Notes: a model not told the origin generated them from the sequence alone. Positions 1-14,035 are shown, numbered from the stretch's first letter. The stretch is DNA of 64,000 nucleotides from Octopus vulgaris (GCA_951406725.2 OX597825.1:81158001-81222000); one strand, 5' to 3'. Program-made: numbers and translations.

Positions 1-459
1 AGACGTAAATATGCACACAAATACATATATACACATGTATACGCAATTTTGCCCGCATGCTAAAATCACTTGGTGTATATATATGTATATAGACTAGTCT
101 ATATCGGAATTTGCAACAATGAAATAGAATTAACTCTAGGAATGATTCTTTGGTTTGACATCGACCAATTAGGGAATTGAACGTGCATCTCTTTATGCGT
201 CCCCAAAAACTTAAGTCTCATCCAACTAAGTCAAACTGTAGTGACAACCGGGTGTGTCGCCCGCTTTCTTGCTTATGACCACTCATCAAAGGTGATGACT
301 GTGTCTATCCAAGACGTTCGTACCCCGTCGCCTAGATCCACCTGGCACTATCTACCCGGTGAGTTGACAAGTTCCAGTAGTATTGGAATAATATTGATAA
401 GACGTATTATTTCGTGTATTATACTATATTCCGACACACAAACACGCGCGCGCTGCATT

Positions 460-502
<43 letters not shown>

Positions 503-583
503 GCACATGCGTTTATGCAAAAGTGTGCGCATTTATCTGTGCGTGTCTGTGTTTGTCTGTGTGAATATTATCTGTATGTTTAG

Positions 584-975
584 GGCGGCGAGCTGGCAGA
601 AACGTTAGCATGCCGGGCAAAATGCGTAGCCGTATTTCGTCTGCTGTTACGTTCTGAGTTCAAATTCCGCCGAGGTCGACTTTGCTTTTCATCCTTTCGG
701 CGTCGATAAATTAAGTACCATTTACACAATGGGATCGATATAATCGACTTAATTCGTTTGTCTGTCCTTGTTTGTTCTCTCTGTGTTTAGCCCCTTGTGG
801 GTAGTAAAGAAATAGGTATTTCGTCTGCCGCTACGTTCTGAGTTCAAATTCCGCCACGCTCGATTTCACCTTTCATCCTTTCAGCTTCGATAAACTAAGT
901 ACCAGTTAAACATTGGTGTCGATTTAATCGACTTAGCCCCTGTCCCAAATCTGATGCCTTTCTGCCAAAATCTCA
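584..975 (+). mobile_element. tRNA-derived SINE family A (Deu/Nin-like central domain), dimeric copy
   Basis: Head GGCGGCGAGCTGGCAGAAACGTTAGC, B-box GAGTTCAAATTCC, central TTTCATCCTTTCGGcGTCGATAAATTAAGTACCA. The body repeats after junction GAAATAG|GTATTTC at 809-822. More than 15 related copies occur in the window. Confidence 0.85.
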
Positions 976-1187
976 AGCCCACGTTACATATGTATTTCAA
1001 TAGAAATGAAATATGAAACATTTGCGGCAGTCTGATGTATGTACGTATGTGTTTATGTATGTATGTATGTATGTATGTATGTATGTATGTATGTATGTAT
1101 GTATGTATGTATGTATGTATGTATGTATGTATGTATGCTTGTATGTATGTATGTATGTATGTATGTATGTATGTACGTATGTATGCA

Positions 1188-1463
1188 TGAATTTGGTAGA
1201 CGGAAACTGAAAGAAGCCCGTCGTATATTTATGCATATGTGTTTGTGTATGTTTGTTTGTCTGTGTTTGTCCCCCCACCATCGCATGACAACTAATGCTA
1301 GTGTGTTTACGTCCCCGTAACTTAGCGGATCCGTAAAAGAGACCGATAGAATAAGTATAGAGCTTACAGAGAAAAAAGTTCTGAGGTCGATTTGTTCGAC
1401 TAAAGGCGGTGCTCCAGCATGGCCGCAGTCGAATGACCGAAACAAATAAAAGAATAAAAGAAT
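1188..1463 (+). mobile_element. SINE family B, 5'-truncated copy
   Basis: Matches the 3' two-thirds of the full copy at 39018-39480 (GGAAACTGAAAGAAGCCCGTC ... GGCGGTGCTCCAGCATGGCCGCAGTC). Confidence 0.8.
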
Positions 1464-1538
1464 ATATATATATATATATATATATAAATGGCGGTGCCCC
1501 AGCATGGCCACAGCTCGTGAGCTGAAACTAGAATCAAT

Positions 1539-1605
<67 letters not shown>

Positions 1606-2647
1606 CTTGTGTGTTTGTGCGATCCATTTGAACGTATATGTGCATATAAATATATATATACGTATGTATGTATACATACATATACGTAAATGTAATATTT
1701 CCGGTATGGTAATCTATATATATTGTAAGGAATAAAAAAATCGTGTAATACAAGCATGCATACATGTATACATGATTGTACCAATTCATAAGTGGACCAG
1801 TTCATGGGTATATATATATATATATATATATACATATACGCATACATATGTACATATATGAATACATACGAACATGTACACATCCATACACAGACAGGAA
1901 CATATATACATGTATGCATGAATGAATATATCTATCTACACACACACACACACTCAGATGGTCATGTAAATTCATCAATGCATACAAAAACATGTGTGAA
2001 TTTATATTTACAAGAATAAGGAAACGAACCTGTGTACATACATATATACACATATTTATATACATATATTTAAGTAAAAATATATATGGATATGTGTATA
2101 TAAAATGTGTATATATATATATATATGTGTGTGTGTGTATGTGTGTGTATATATATATATATAAATATATATATACATATAAATATATATGTATGTATAC
2201 ATGTATACACATACACATATGTTTATATATATGTGTGTGTGTGTGTGTATACTCACACAATTATACACGTATCGATGAAAACAAAAGTAAAGAGCTCTCC
2301 CATTCGGGAGGTGTGTCACGCATTTGCTCTATTCATCCGGTGTAAGTGATACCGGAAGTTGGGCTAAGTGTCATCTATCCCAGCAGTCAACATTCCCCAC
2401 CCCGTCTGTGTGAAAGCTAGAAGGAAATGATCAATTGAAAGCGAAGAAAATAACAACAACAACAACACCAGCATTAACAGCTATTAATTAATCGATGAGT
2501 TTAATATGACATGTTGAATGCAAATGCATACGGGTGCACGTGACCTGTGCGAAAATACCATCAGCTCGGTTATTGATTCGTCGAACCGACGTGTGTGCGT
2601 GCACATGTGTGTATATATATATATGCACACATATATACATATATATA

Positions 2648-2739
<92 letters not shown>

Positions 2740-2841
2740 CACGTACATGTATATCGTATGCATATATTTATGAGTGCATGCGTCTCTAATTCTGTGTCTG
2801 TACACGCGTGAATACATGCATATATCTGCATAAAATTCTAT

Positions 2842-2931
<90 letters not shown>

Positions 2932-2960
2932 GTCTGTGTTTCTGTCTGTGTGTCTGTCTG

Positions 2961-3017
<57 letters not shown>

Positions 3018-3021
<4 letters not shown>

Positions 3022-3366
3022 GGAAAAAAGCAACAAGAATGGATTAAAATCTCGGTACGATCGTTTCGTACGAGGACATCTTTAATAAGCTACAAAAAAT
3101 GCAGTGAATACAGATGGCTCGTACTCGTACTCGTCAGCTGACGAGTACGAGCCATCTGTATTCACTGCATTTTTTGTAGCTTATTAAAGATGTCCTCGTA
3201 CGAAACGATCGTACCGAGATTTTAATCCATTCTTGTTGCTTTTTTCCTATTTGTAATCACCCCACTTGTCGTATGGTTAACACCATATAGATTTCCGGTG
3301 CATCCTAGTTAAGGACCATATTCATGTGAATTCTTTAGAATCCACTTGAATCTCAATTACTTAACC

Positions 3367-3367
<1 letters not shown>
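3018..3367 (+). mobile_element. (TA)n-embedded fold-back element with hammerhead core, probable Penelope-like terminus
   Basis: Near-perfect palindrome 3018-3251 followed by a ~115 bp unique tail, with (TA)n on both sides. A homologous copy lies at 45659-45845. Confidence 0.8.
3138..3219 (+). ncRNA. Type I hammerhead ribozyme core (5' strand of stem I truncated)
   Basis: CTGACGA 3138-3144; stem II GTACGAG 3145-3151 / CTCGTAC 3195-3201; GAAA 3202-3205; palindromic stem III CGATCG; TA 3212-3213 (GUA cleavage triplet). Confidence 0.8.
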
Positions 3368-3423
<56 letters not shown>

Positions 3424-3494
3424 CATGCATATATGTATGTATGCATGCATGCATGTATTTATAAATGTATGTATGTATGTATGTATGTATGTAA

Positions 3495-3822
3495 GCTGGA
3501 CTCAAGGGTCATCTTCGTAGTCATAAAGCGAGACAGATGAGTGACAACCTGGCCACTGGTGGTGGTATAACACACCATACTAATCATATATGTCGGGCGT
3601 GTGGAAGAGAGTGTAATTCGGCAGGAGGACTTAAACGACATGCAAAGGTACATGAAGCCCAGTTACAACTACAGCCGGCTATTTCCAGTAAAGGTCTTAG
3701 TTGCCAATTCTGTACAAGACATTGTAGATCTTTAGCTGGACTAAAAAGTCACATTCGATCATAGCACCGATAACAGTTAAGCTGTGTGCATGGCCATACT
3801 CGATAACGAGGGGGCAGCCATC

Positions 3823-3824
<2 letters not shown>
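3495..3824 (+). mobile_element. 3' end of an RTE-clade LINE with tandem C2H2 zinc fingers
   Basis: In-frame [10 protein letters not shown] ... CRACGRECNSAGGLKRHAKVH ... CQFCTRHCRSLAGLKSHIRS*H. Short 3' UTR GCCATACTCGATAACGAGGGGGCAGCC resembles RTE 3' ends. Flanked by (TGTA)n. Confidence 0.7.
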
Positions 3825-3853
<29 letters not shown>

Positions 3854-3885
3854 TGTATGTATGTATGTATGTATGTATGTATGTA

Positions 3886-3938
<53 letters not shown>

Positions 3939-4247
3939 GTAGATAGGTAGACAAATATATAAACAGATGTGTCTGTGTATCGGAATCAAATGTTTTTGGC
4001 AGTGTTCAGAATAATAATAATAATAATAATAATAATAGTGTTGATAATAATAATATTGATAATAAGAATATTGATAATAATAAGGGTAATAAGGTTAGCC
4101 AGAAGAAATAAAGAATCCTGGAAAATTTGATAAGCTCGATATAAATAGACTAAAGAGCAGTTGTTTCATTTCTTGTTAACTTCATTATTATTGAGTGAGA
4201 GAAAGAGAGAGAAAGGGAGTGGGAAGGGGAGAGAGGGAGGGGGAGCA

Positions 4248-4830
4248 AGGTGACGATCTGGCAGAATCGTTAGCACTCTGGAGGAAATACTTTGTGGTTT
4301 TTCGTCCGTCGCTATATTCTGAGTTCAAATTCGGCCGGGTCGATTTAGCGTTTTATCTTTTCGGGGGTCGATTAAATAAGTACCTGTAATCGACTTAATC
4401 CCTTCTCTCAATTTTGAGGCCTTGTTCTTCCGGTTGAAAGGGTTTAAGGCGGCGAGCTGGTAGAAAAGTTAGCACGCCGGGCGAAATGCTTAGCAGTATT
4501 TCGTTTGCCGCTACGTTCTGAGTTCAAATTCCGCCGAGGTCGACTTTGCCTTTCATCCTTTCGGGGTTGATAAATTAAGTACCAGTTACGCACTGGGGTC
4601 GATATAATCGACTTAATCCGTTTGTCTGTCCTTGTTTGTCCTCTCTGTGTTTAACCCCTTGTGGGTAGTAAAGAAAGAGGTATTTCGTCTGCCGTTATGT
4701 TCTGAGTTCAAATTCCGCCGAAGTCGACTTTGCCTATCATCCTTTCGTGTTCAATAAGTTAAGTACCAGTGAAATACTATTGACTATCCCTTTCCCACAA
4801 ATTTCAGGCCTTGCGCCTTTAGTAGAAAGT
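4248..4830 (+). mobile_element. SINE A cluster: diverged monomer followed by a dimer
   Basis: Diverged copy 4248-4445, then head at 4448 with two bodies joined at about 4674-4686. Confidence 0.85.
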
Positions 4831-5526
4831 GCCTTTAGTAGACAGTAGTATTGATTGAGAGAACAATGTGTGTCATCAAAGTGACGCTGGGGTACAAATA
4901 TACCAAGGCCATTATTAATTATTATTAACAGAATTTACTTGTGATAGCAATTGACTGGTTTCGAAGTTCCAAAAGAACATGGCTAATCTTGTATATTCTG
5001 TCAGTCTGCCTGTCTGCCTGTCAGTCTCCACACACATTGTTTTTCTGAGTGGAAAGTTATTCAAAATGGTGTCGGTTTTACCAACATCGATGCGCATTTG
5101 AATTAGTCTACGACGTAGACTGCACCTAAAGGTAAATGTATTTAGGAACAAGAGGTTACCCAGGATTCAGCTGCCCCATGACTGAATAGATTACAGCTTT
5201 GACCATCACTGGTCTTAGTTACAAAGTTTTAGGTAAAATATTCTTTTCTCATTTTGTTATGTTTCGGGAGGGTCATTATGTCATTATTGGACACACGCAC
5301 TGTTTCTATTTCATTTCTTTGTTTTTCAATTTGTTAATCATTTTCTAATGTCGCTCCTTTTTTTATAAAGAAAGAAACATGAGTTTAAGGAAGATTTGGC
5401 AGTTTTACTTTTACTGCCAGATTGACCATGTACTCGTCCCTTTTGAACTGTTCATCGGCTGCTATTACATTTTGCCACCTAAATGTTTCCTGGCCCTTTC
5501 CTCCATTTTTGTTACTTGCTACGTTC

Positions 5527-6007
<481 letters not shown>

Positions 6008-6227
6008 GTATATTTATCTACCTGTCTGTCTATTTACCTACCTGTCTGTCTATTTACCTACCTGCCTGTCTATTTCTCTGTGTATGTGTTCTTATATATG
6101 TGTGTGTATGCGTGCGTATACACAAATATATATGTATACATATATACATACACATACACACACACACACACATATATGTGTGTGTATCTTTAATAATATA
6201 TTACGGATGTGTATTTATACATACATA

Positions 6228-6261
<34 letters not shown>

Positions 6262-7574
6262 TAACGTGAAAAATGTATGAGTAAACCGAGAGTGGTGGTG
6301 GTGGCAGTGGTTGCGGTGGTAGTGATTGCGGTGCGGGAGTGATTAAGGTGTAATTGGTGTGTGTGTGTGTGTGTGTGTGTGTCTGTGTGTGTGTGTGTGT
6401 GTGGTTTGGGTGTGGTAGGGTTAGGGTAGGGCAGGGCGCGATCCCGTTAAGTGGTGTGGTGTAGTGTGATATACGGTTACGAGGATGTCTTTTGCTTGCC
6501 ATAGAAATACAAAACATGTGTGCTATGCATTATGCAGAGTGTTTAGAGCCCAGTGGTGGGTCAGGGGCGGAGGCGTGGGGCGAGTATAGGTGACGTTGGA
6601 GGTGTGGCGCTTGGTTGTCTTTTTCCTTTTCTTCTTAATACCTGTGTGAATGTGTAAGTGTGAGTGTGTGAGTGTGCGTGAGGGGAAAGGGGGGCGGTAG
6701 GATGCGCTAATAAACTACTCGTCAAGTGTTTGGTTGAGTGCGACTTTACACCGCCATTGTTCCACAGGTGCGTTCATTAAAGATGTGTAGAGATGAGAAA
6801 CGAGTATTATTGATACTGTTGCTGTTGTTCTTAGCAGGACAGCGCGCCAGCAGAGTGGTTAGTGCGTCGTACAAAGTGCTTGCAGGTATTTCTTTCAGTT
6901 CTTTACAAACTGAGTTCAATTTCTACCAAGATCCAAATTACCTTTCATTTCTAAGGGGGATCGAGAAAATGTAATACCAGCCAAGGACTGGGGTGGGTGG
7001 GTCTTGTCTTAGATCACGCATCTTATCTTTGACAAAACAACCTTCGTGTTTAACACCGAAGAATTGGTGCAAGGCTTTTCTCGCGGCCAACACGTTGGTT
7101 GCAAGGCCTTCCTTAAGCACCTCTTCTAAGTTTCGAATTAAGTACTCTTCTTTCTATTTTTCTCTATCACCAATGCCTTACTAAACCTAATTGATTCTAC
7201 TCCATTTGCTTTTTTCTGGGAAAAACACCATTTGTTGTTAACGATTGCCCTCGTCCATGCCCGATTAACTAATTCTCTAATCCGGACACTGTAAATTTGG
7301 TACGCCGGAAGTGACCCGTTCAGCTTTCAGTAATCGTGTCCCCGCTTTCTAAACCTGTCAAGGTCGACTGTACAGATCACAAATGTGTGGCCTGTGTGGC
7401 CGACCAGTTTGAAAAGAGGACAACTTATATTAAACCTTATCTACTGACCAACAGAATACCCTGTCTACATAAGACTTGGATGACCCGATGCGATTTGTCT
7501 ACGCCCACACTGGCACATCCGGCAGATCGAGTCGCTTCCCGTAAGAAGCAACAGCAATTGTAACTGTAGAGATA

Positions 7575-7603
7575 TCATCATCATCACCACCACCACCACC
7601 ACC

Positions 7604-7637
<34 letters not shown>

Positions 7638-7740
7638 TCATCGTCATCATCATAATCATCATCATAATCATCATCATCATCACCACCACCACCATCATCA
7701 TGATCATGATCATGATCATCATCATAATCATCATCACCAC

Positions 7741-7808
<68 letters not shown>

Positions 7809-8115
7809 AGAGCAGCAACAACAGTAGTAATTGTAGTAGTAGTAGTAGTAGTAGCAGCAGCAGCAATGTTGCTTATTTTGGCAGACCAAGGAGTGTTCGA
7901 TAATCCCTATTATCCCAAATACTTCCTTGTGCCTCATATTAAGGACGGGACAAAATCTTGATAACAATAGGAAATGGGGTTTTTGTGTTTTGTTTTGTGT
8001 TTTTTATTTCTTATTTACTTTTTATTTGTTCCCCCCCCATCTCCTCCAGCTTATTGTTCTTACCTTTGTTCGGTTCTTCAGTTCTTCTAGACTTCATTTC
8101 TGTTGTTGTTGTTGT

Positions 8116-8177
<62 letters not shown>

Positions 8178-8275
8178 TTACTACTACCGCTACTGCTGCT
8201 GCTGCTACTACTACCGCTACTGCTACTGCTGTTGCTATTACTACTATTACTATTATTATTATCACTACTACTACA

Positions 8276-8313
<38 letters not shown>

Positions 8314-8372
8314 ACTACTGCTGCTACTACTGCTGCTGCTGCTGCTATTACTACTATTACTACTACTATTAT

Positions 8373-8427
<55 letters not shown>

Positions 8428-8440
8428 GCTACTACTATTT
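7575..8440. repeat. Compound trinucleotide arrays (CAT/CAC, TAG, TAC/TGC)
   Basis: Direct reading. Confidence 0.95.
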
Positions 8441-9003
8441 TTTATTGTTATTATTACTATTTTTATTATCATTGACGTTGCTGTTGTTGTGTTGTTTTTG
8501 TTGTTATTGGCTTTGAATATTCTTTGTATGAATTTTGTATTGCTTTTCCATGTCTTTTGTATCGGTTGATATCGACGATGTTGGTGACTTCACGTTTAGT
8601 TTCAGGAGAGAACAAGAGAACAAAAAGACGGGGGACAAACGGAGATGCATACATCTACGTACACACATGCAGTTACACACACACACACACACACAGATGG
8701 GGAGATAGTATAAGGGAGAGGAAAAAGAGGGGGAGGGAGAGAGAGAATAGGAGTGAGAGAAAGAAAGAAAGAAAGAAAGAAAGAGAGGGAGGTATTAGGC
8801 ACAACTTCAGAAACGTCAAAACGCGGCTGTCTCATCCTCTACCCCAGGATCAGGGTGCTGAGGCTGGTCCCTTCGACGGATATAACCAGTTATAATCCCT
8901 CAACGGTCTGGAGACAATAAACATGAGTTGGGTAACGATCAGAAGTGGTGAATAATTGAAGCAGCGGGAAATACAAGAAGGATTAAGCTGAAGGGTAAGA
9001 ATA

Positions 9004-9234
9004 TTTCTCTATTGCCCACAAGGGGGCTTACACAGAGGGGACAAACAAGGACAGACAAACGGATTAAGTCGATTACATCGACCCCAGTGCATAACTGGTA
9101 TTTAATCTATCGACCCCGAAAGGATGAAAGGCAAAGTCGATCTCTGTGGAACTTGAACTCAGAACGTAACGGCAGACGAAATACCGCTAGGCATTTCGCC
9201 TGGCGCGCTACCGATTTTGCCAGCTCGCCACCTT
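9004..9234 (-). mobile_element. SINE A monomer with 16-bp TSD
   Basis: TSD CTGAAGGGTAAGAATA at 8988-9003 and 9235-9250. Confidence 0.9.
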
Positions 9235-9334
9235 CTGAAGGGTAAGAATAAACCCGTCGAGAAAGTAACGAAAGACGGTGAAAGGAAACTTCCCGTTCCG
9301 CATCGAATTAAAATTCATAGTTCTTGACACAACT

Positions 9335-9986
9335 TACGATAAACTGATAGAAATAGTTAACGGACTGGACGAAGGCGAAGGAAATAGCATGATGTTGCTT
9401 GAAGGGAATAAGGGTTCCGTTTTTATTGAACGACCAAATGAGAGATTATTAATGAAAAACATATTTGTATTTTATGATGAGCTAATGCGAAACTTTGATA
9501 GGGAATTAGGTGGTTTCATGCAGCAGAAATGAGAAAGTTATCAGAGGATGTGCAGATTAGTTACAGTTCAGTCCATTAACACTGAAGATTTGGGTATGAG
9601 ATGCGTGTCTGCCAAGTTTGTGCCAAAACTGTTTTCAGCTGACCAAGTAAACATTCGGGTTTCAGTTGCCCAAGATCTCTTTGATTGTATCGAGAACAAT
9701 AAAAAGGTTTTAAAAACTTTGCATAGGTCTCTGAGCAGGTATCGCCAAGCTTTCAGCAAAATTTAATGCAGATTCTCTGCTCAACTTTCTCTGTCATGAT
9801 CAATGCGACGATCACACGCTACACACTTTCCTGCCAAGCACTGCTGTAAACAGCGGAAGTGAACTAGAATGTTAAAACTTAACGTTCATGCACAACAGAG
9901 TTCAAGATCAAACTCTGCCAAGCGGCTTTACTCTACATACTTTAGCTTCATTACTATGGCAACAATCCGGATACTTATTGATCAAA

Positions 9987-9990
<4 letters not shown>
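9335..9990 (+). mobile_element. Internally deleted mariner relic
   Basis: EDLGMRCVSAKFVPKLFSADQ matches the mariner WVPHEL-type linker motif. TIR-like right end ATCCGGATACTTATTGATCAAACC; the left end is more diverged. Confidence 0.75.
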
Positions 9991-10047
<57 letters not shown>

Positions 10048-10668
10048 CAATTCATATTTAGTAACTGTGGTTAAGATCTACTTTTGGTTTATTAAAGAGA
10101 ATAGTTACCTCACAAACACACCCATCCCACCACACAACTGTACCCCCGCCCCACACACACACGCACAAAGACAGACACATCCAGGTAAAGACACGATCGA
10201 TTGATTAATAGAGAATTCCTGATATAGGGATCCGTAATCATTAATTCCCAGCAACTCATTTATTCCATATTAATAAATTATGATCAAATATAATAATAAA
10301 AGAAAAAAAACAAAAAAAATGTATAAAAAGTCACACCTAAGCGCATGTATATACACAAACGCACGTGCACACACACACACACACGCGCGCGCGCATAAAG
10401 TGTACACACATGCGCACTGGGGCGCACACACATGTACAGGAATAGATATGGACACGCACACGAGTCACGTATGACGGCTCTATTAAGCAGGTATTGACGT
10501 GTGTGTGTGTGTGTGTATGTGTGTGTGTGTGTATATATATATCTATCGATGTATACACAAACACACATCATTCGAAGCCGATGATTCATCCTCTCCCTGC
10601 ACACACACACGCACGCATATACACACATACACACACACACACACACACAAACACACGACCCTCGCGCA

Positions 10669-12524
10669 CACGGAGTTTGGCTGAAAAGTTCATCGGCCGA
10701 CGAAGATCTTCATAGCCATCTCCCTTGCGGCCCACACTCTTCTTCCCTCTGTGTTGCATTGCCCGGATCCCATTGGAAAAGCTTTCATTCTACTGATACC
10801 CCAAAAAGTCATCAATAGTAGAAATGACGTCATCAATAATAGAGATGACGACATCATCGCTGTGATACTTCTTATGAGCCAATTGCTTTTTTTTTTGTTT
10901 TTCATATTGGGGAAGAGATGAAATACCCATTTATTTACTACCCACAAGGAGCTAAACACAGAGGGGACAAACAAGGACAGACAAACGGATTAAGTCGATT
11001 ACATCGACCCCAGTGCGTAACTGGTACTTAATTTATCGACCCCGAAAGGATGAAAGGCAGAGTCGACCTCAGCGGAATTTGAACTCAGAACGTAACGGCA
11101 GACGAAATACCCATTTCTTTACTACCCACAAGGGGCTAAACACAGAAGGGACAAACAAGGGCAGAAGGGACAAACAAGGGCAGACAAAGGGATTAAGTCG
11201 ATTACATCGACCCCAGTGCGTAAATGGTACTTAATTTATCAATCCCGAAAGGATGAAAGGCAAAGTCGACCTCGGCGGAATTTGAACTCAGAACGTAACG
11301 GCAGACGAAATACCCATTTCTTTACTACCCACAAGGGGCTAAACACAGAAGGGACAAACAAGGGCAGACAAAGGGATTAAGTCGATTACATCGACCCCAG
11401 TGCGTAACTGGTACTTAATTTATCGACCCCGAAAGGATGAAAGGCAAAGTCGACCTCGGCGGAATTTGAACTCAGAACGTAACGGCAGACGAAATACCTA
11501 TTTCTTTACTACTCACAAAGGGCTAAACACAGAGGGGACAAACAAGGACAGACAAAGGTATTAAGTCGATTACATCGGCTCCAGTGCGTAACTGGTACTT
11601 CATTTATCGACCCCGAAAGGATGAAAGGCAAAGTCGACCTCGGTGGAATTTGAACTCAGAACGTAACGGTAGACGAAATACGGCTACGCATTTCGCCCGT
11701 CGTACTAACGTTTCTGCTAGCTCGCCAGGGAAGAGAGGATAATCAGATGGAACGAAATCAGGAGGTAGGGACCGTGACCAACCAGTTCAAAACTTCAATC
11801 ACGCACAGCAGCCATTGAAATCAAAAGCTTGCATGCTGGAGCACTGTCCTAATGAAACAAGATCCCTTTCGTCAGTTTTCCTGGACATTTTCTGTTGATA
11901 GCCTCTCGTAACTACCTCGGCAGGTTGGGATAGTACACGCCATTGATAGTGTGGCCCTTTTGAAGGTAGTCAATAAACACAAAGCCTTTTGAATCTCCCA
12001 AAACTGAGGCCGTCACCTTCCCTGCAGAGGAACATGATGACCTACTCACTCATCCTGGGTTAGGAAATGTTCAAGGCAACCAGCCGGTTCTGCCTGAAAC
12101 AATGTCAGATTTTCCTGTAGTGTTATCAACCCGGTTCACTTTTAATCAGGTCTCAGAAAATGGCGCATAATATTCTCAACTCTCTCACAGGACATGCTAA
12201 TAGCATTGACTATTTGATTTATAGTCAATCGTCTGTCATCTGTCAGCATGTGGGGGTGAATATGATCAATGTGTTCTTCGGTTGTAGCATTTGCAGGACG
12301 TCCAGGCATTGGGTTATCTTCAATATTGCACCTGCCCTTCCTAAATTCATCTACCTGTTTTTGCATTGATGATAAAGCTGGAGCGTCATACCGGAATATA
12401 GGATGCCGGTTTATCTGGAAAGAAACACTGCAGTTATTAATAAAAGGTTTGAAATTAATGCGTACAAGATTTCGCAGCTCTAGCATCGCTCATTCAGCCT
12501 AAGAACTCTTCAGCCCATCCTCGT

Positions 12525-12525
<1 letters not shown>
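10669..12525 (-). mobile_element. Decayed mariner transposon split by a SINE multimer
   Basis: TIRs CACGGAGTTTGGCTGAAAAGTTC / rc CACGAGGATGGGCTGAAGAGTTC. N-terminal HTH (EFRKGRCNIEDNPMPGRP), catalytic-region IDYLQKGHTINGVYY, LFH*DSAP and PSDYPLFP, and C-terminal GIRAMQHR. Confidence 0.9.
10919..11726 (-). mobile_element. SINE A tetramer (one head plus four bodies) with 9-bp TSD
   Basis: Unit boundaries at GAAATAC 10920, 11104, 11307, 11491 and 11675 (184, 203, 184, 184 bp). TSD GGGAAGAGA at 10910-10918 and 11728-11736. Confidence 0.92.
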
Positions 12526-12563
<38 letters not shown>

Positions 12564-12750
12564 TGTACATTTATATATAATATACAGAGAGAGGGGGGGA
12601 ACAGTGAGAGAGAGACAGAGAAAGAAAGAAAAACAAAGTGATGCGCAACACACACCAAACCAGGATTCCGTTAATTTCCAATTATGTATGTTTTAGTTAA
12701 AATTCTTGACACCAAAGACCTTTAGAAATTCCATCTGCAATATTTAAAGA

Positions 12751-12786
12751 TGAGACGAGGAACTATAGAGCCGAAAATATTCCTCA
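12751..12786 (+). ncRNA. Decayed hammerhead-like motif
   Basis: TGAG-[CTG missing]ACGA-GG..CC-GAAA-ATAT-TC-CTCA. Stems I, II and III are all recognisable but the core lacks CTG. Confidence 0.4.
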
Positions 12787-13232
12787 GATACAAGGACATT
12801 TTATTTCTGCGCAAAATCTTACTAAAGTACTCAATAAACCTACTTGGATCTATCATATTGTATATTGTTATATAACTCTTCACCTGAGATTTAAATAAGA
12901 AATCTGGAATTTATAGATTAATTTGATGTAAAGTGTTTACACCACAAACGAAGTATGGGAAAGTCGCAACATGTCGGCTTACTTTGTGAGAGATCTCGGT
13001 TTTACTTTGTTTATTGTGAGGTTACATAAAGGAGTATATTTCAAAGAAAGTCCTTTTTATGGCCTATTGACTCGGTTAACGTATGTATTTGTATATTTAT
13101 GTATTAGAGGTCTACTAGAAACATAATTACGCCCAGGTAAACTATACATACACACACGCATACATATCATAGACACGCATATATAGATACATGTATACGC
13201 ATATACAGATACATATACAGGAGTGTTCAAAG

Positions 13233-13310
<78 letters not shown>

Positions 13311-13336
13311 CACACATTTGCATATACATACGCACA

Positions 13337-13378
<42 letters not shown>

Positions 13379-14035
13379 TATATGCATATATATATACTTA
13401 CGCGTACATATATACATACATATACGTATATACATATATACGTATTCATACAAACATACATATATACAAATATACATAGATATAGGTATATTAATATGTA
13501 TGACACAATTGATTTTCAATTGTCATTTCATTTACCTTATATATATATATATATGCATATATATATATGCATATATATATATATGCATATATATATATGC
13601 ATATATGCATATATGCATATGCATATGTGCACGCAAACATAATGCACTTTTATGTAAATGTGGTTATAGGATAATAATCGCTCTCGCACCTATTAAATAT
13701 ATATGTTCATTTATATATGTATATATTTAGCCATCAATGTGTGTGTCTATCTACGTACTCTAACATATATATTTATGTATATATATGTATTATATATGTA
13801 TGTGCATAGAAGCAGATGCATACATTTATGCATGACGTTAATAATGGTGTATTTATGCGCGATCGTTAATTGCGAATGGCCTGGGTATTCACTTTTAACT
13901 TGCTTTTTCTGGAGTAAATTAATAACTGATGTACGCGACATGCGTCATATACATACACATTCACAACACACACACATACACACACACACATACGCGCACA
14001 CACACACACATATATTATGCATTATATACATATAC

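Noticed and set aside
3018-3251. miRNA precursor or TIR MITE
   Set aside because: The hairpin is too long and perfect for a pre-miRNA. A shared one-sided tail and variable arm length between the two copies argue against a MITE.
3537-3764. Host C2H2 zinc-finger gene
   Set aside because: 5'-truncated at a microsatellite, stop within the last finger, RTE-like 3' UTR and no splice signals. Better explained as a LINE end.
6938-7563. Complex-sequence ORFs (MLKEGLATNVLAARK.., MSPLSKPVKV..)
   Set aside because: No recognisable motif and interrupted by stops. Possibly an old LINE fragment but not assignable by eye.
10919-11726. CRISPR-like or tRNA gene array
   Set aside because: The units are 184-bp SINE bodies with no unique spacers and no full cloverleaf.
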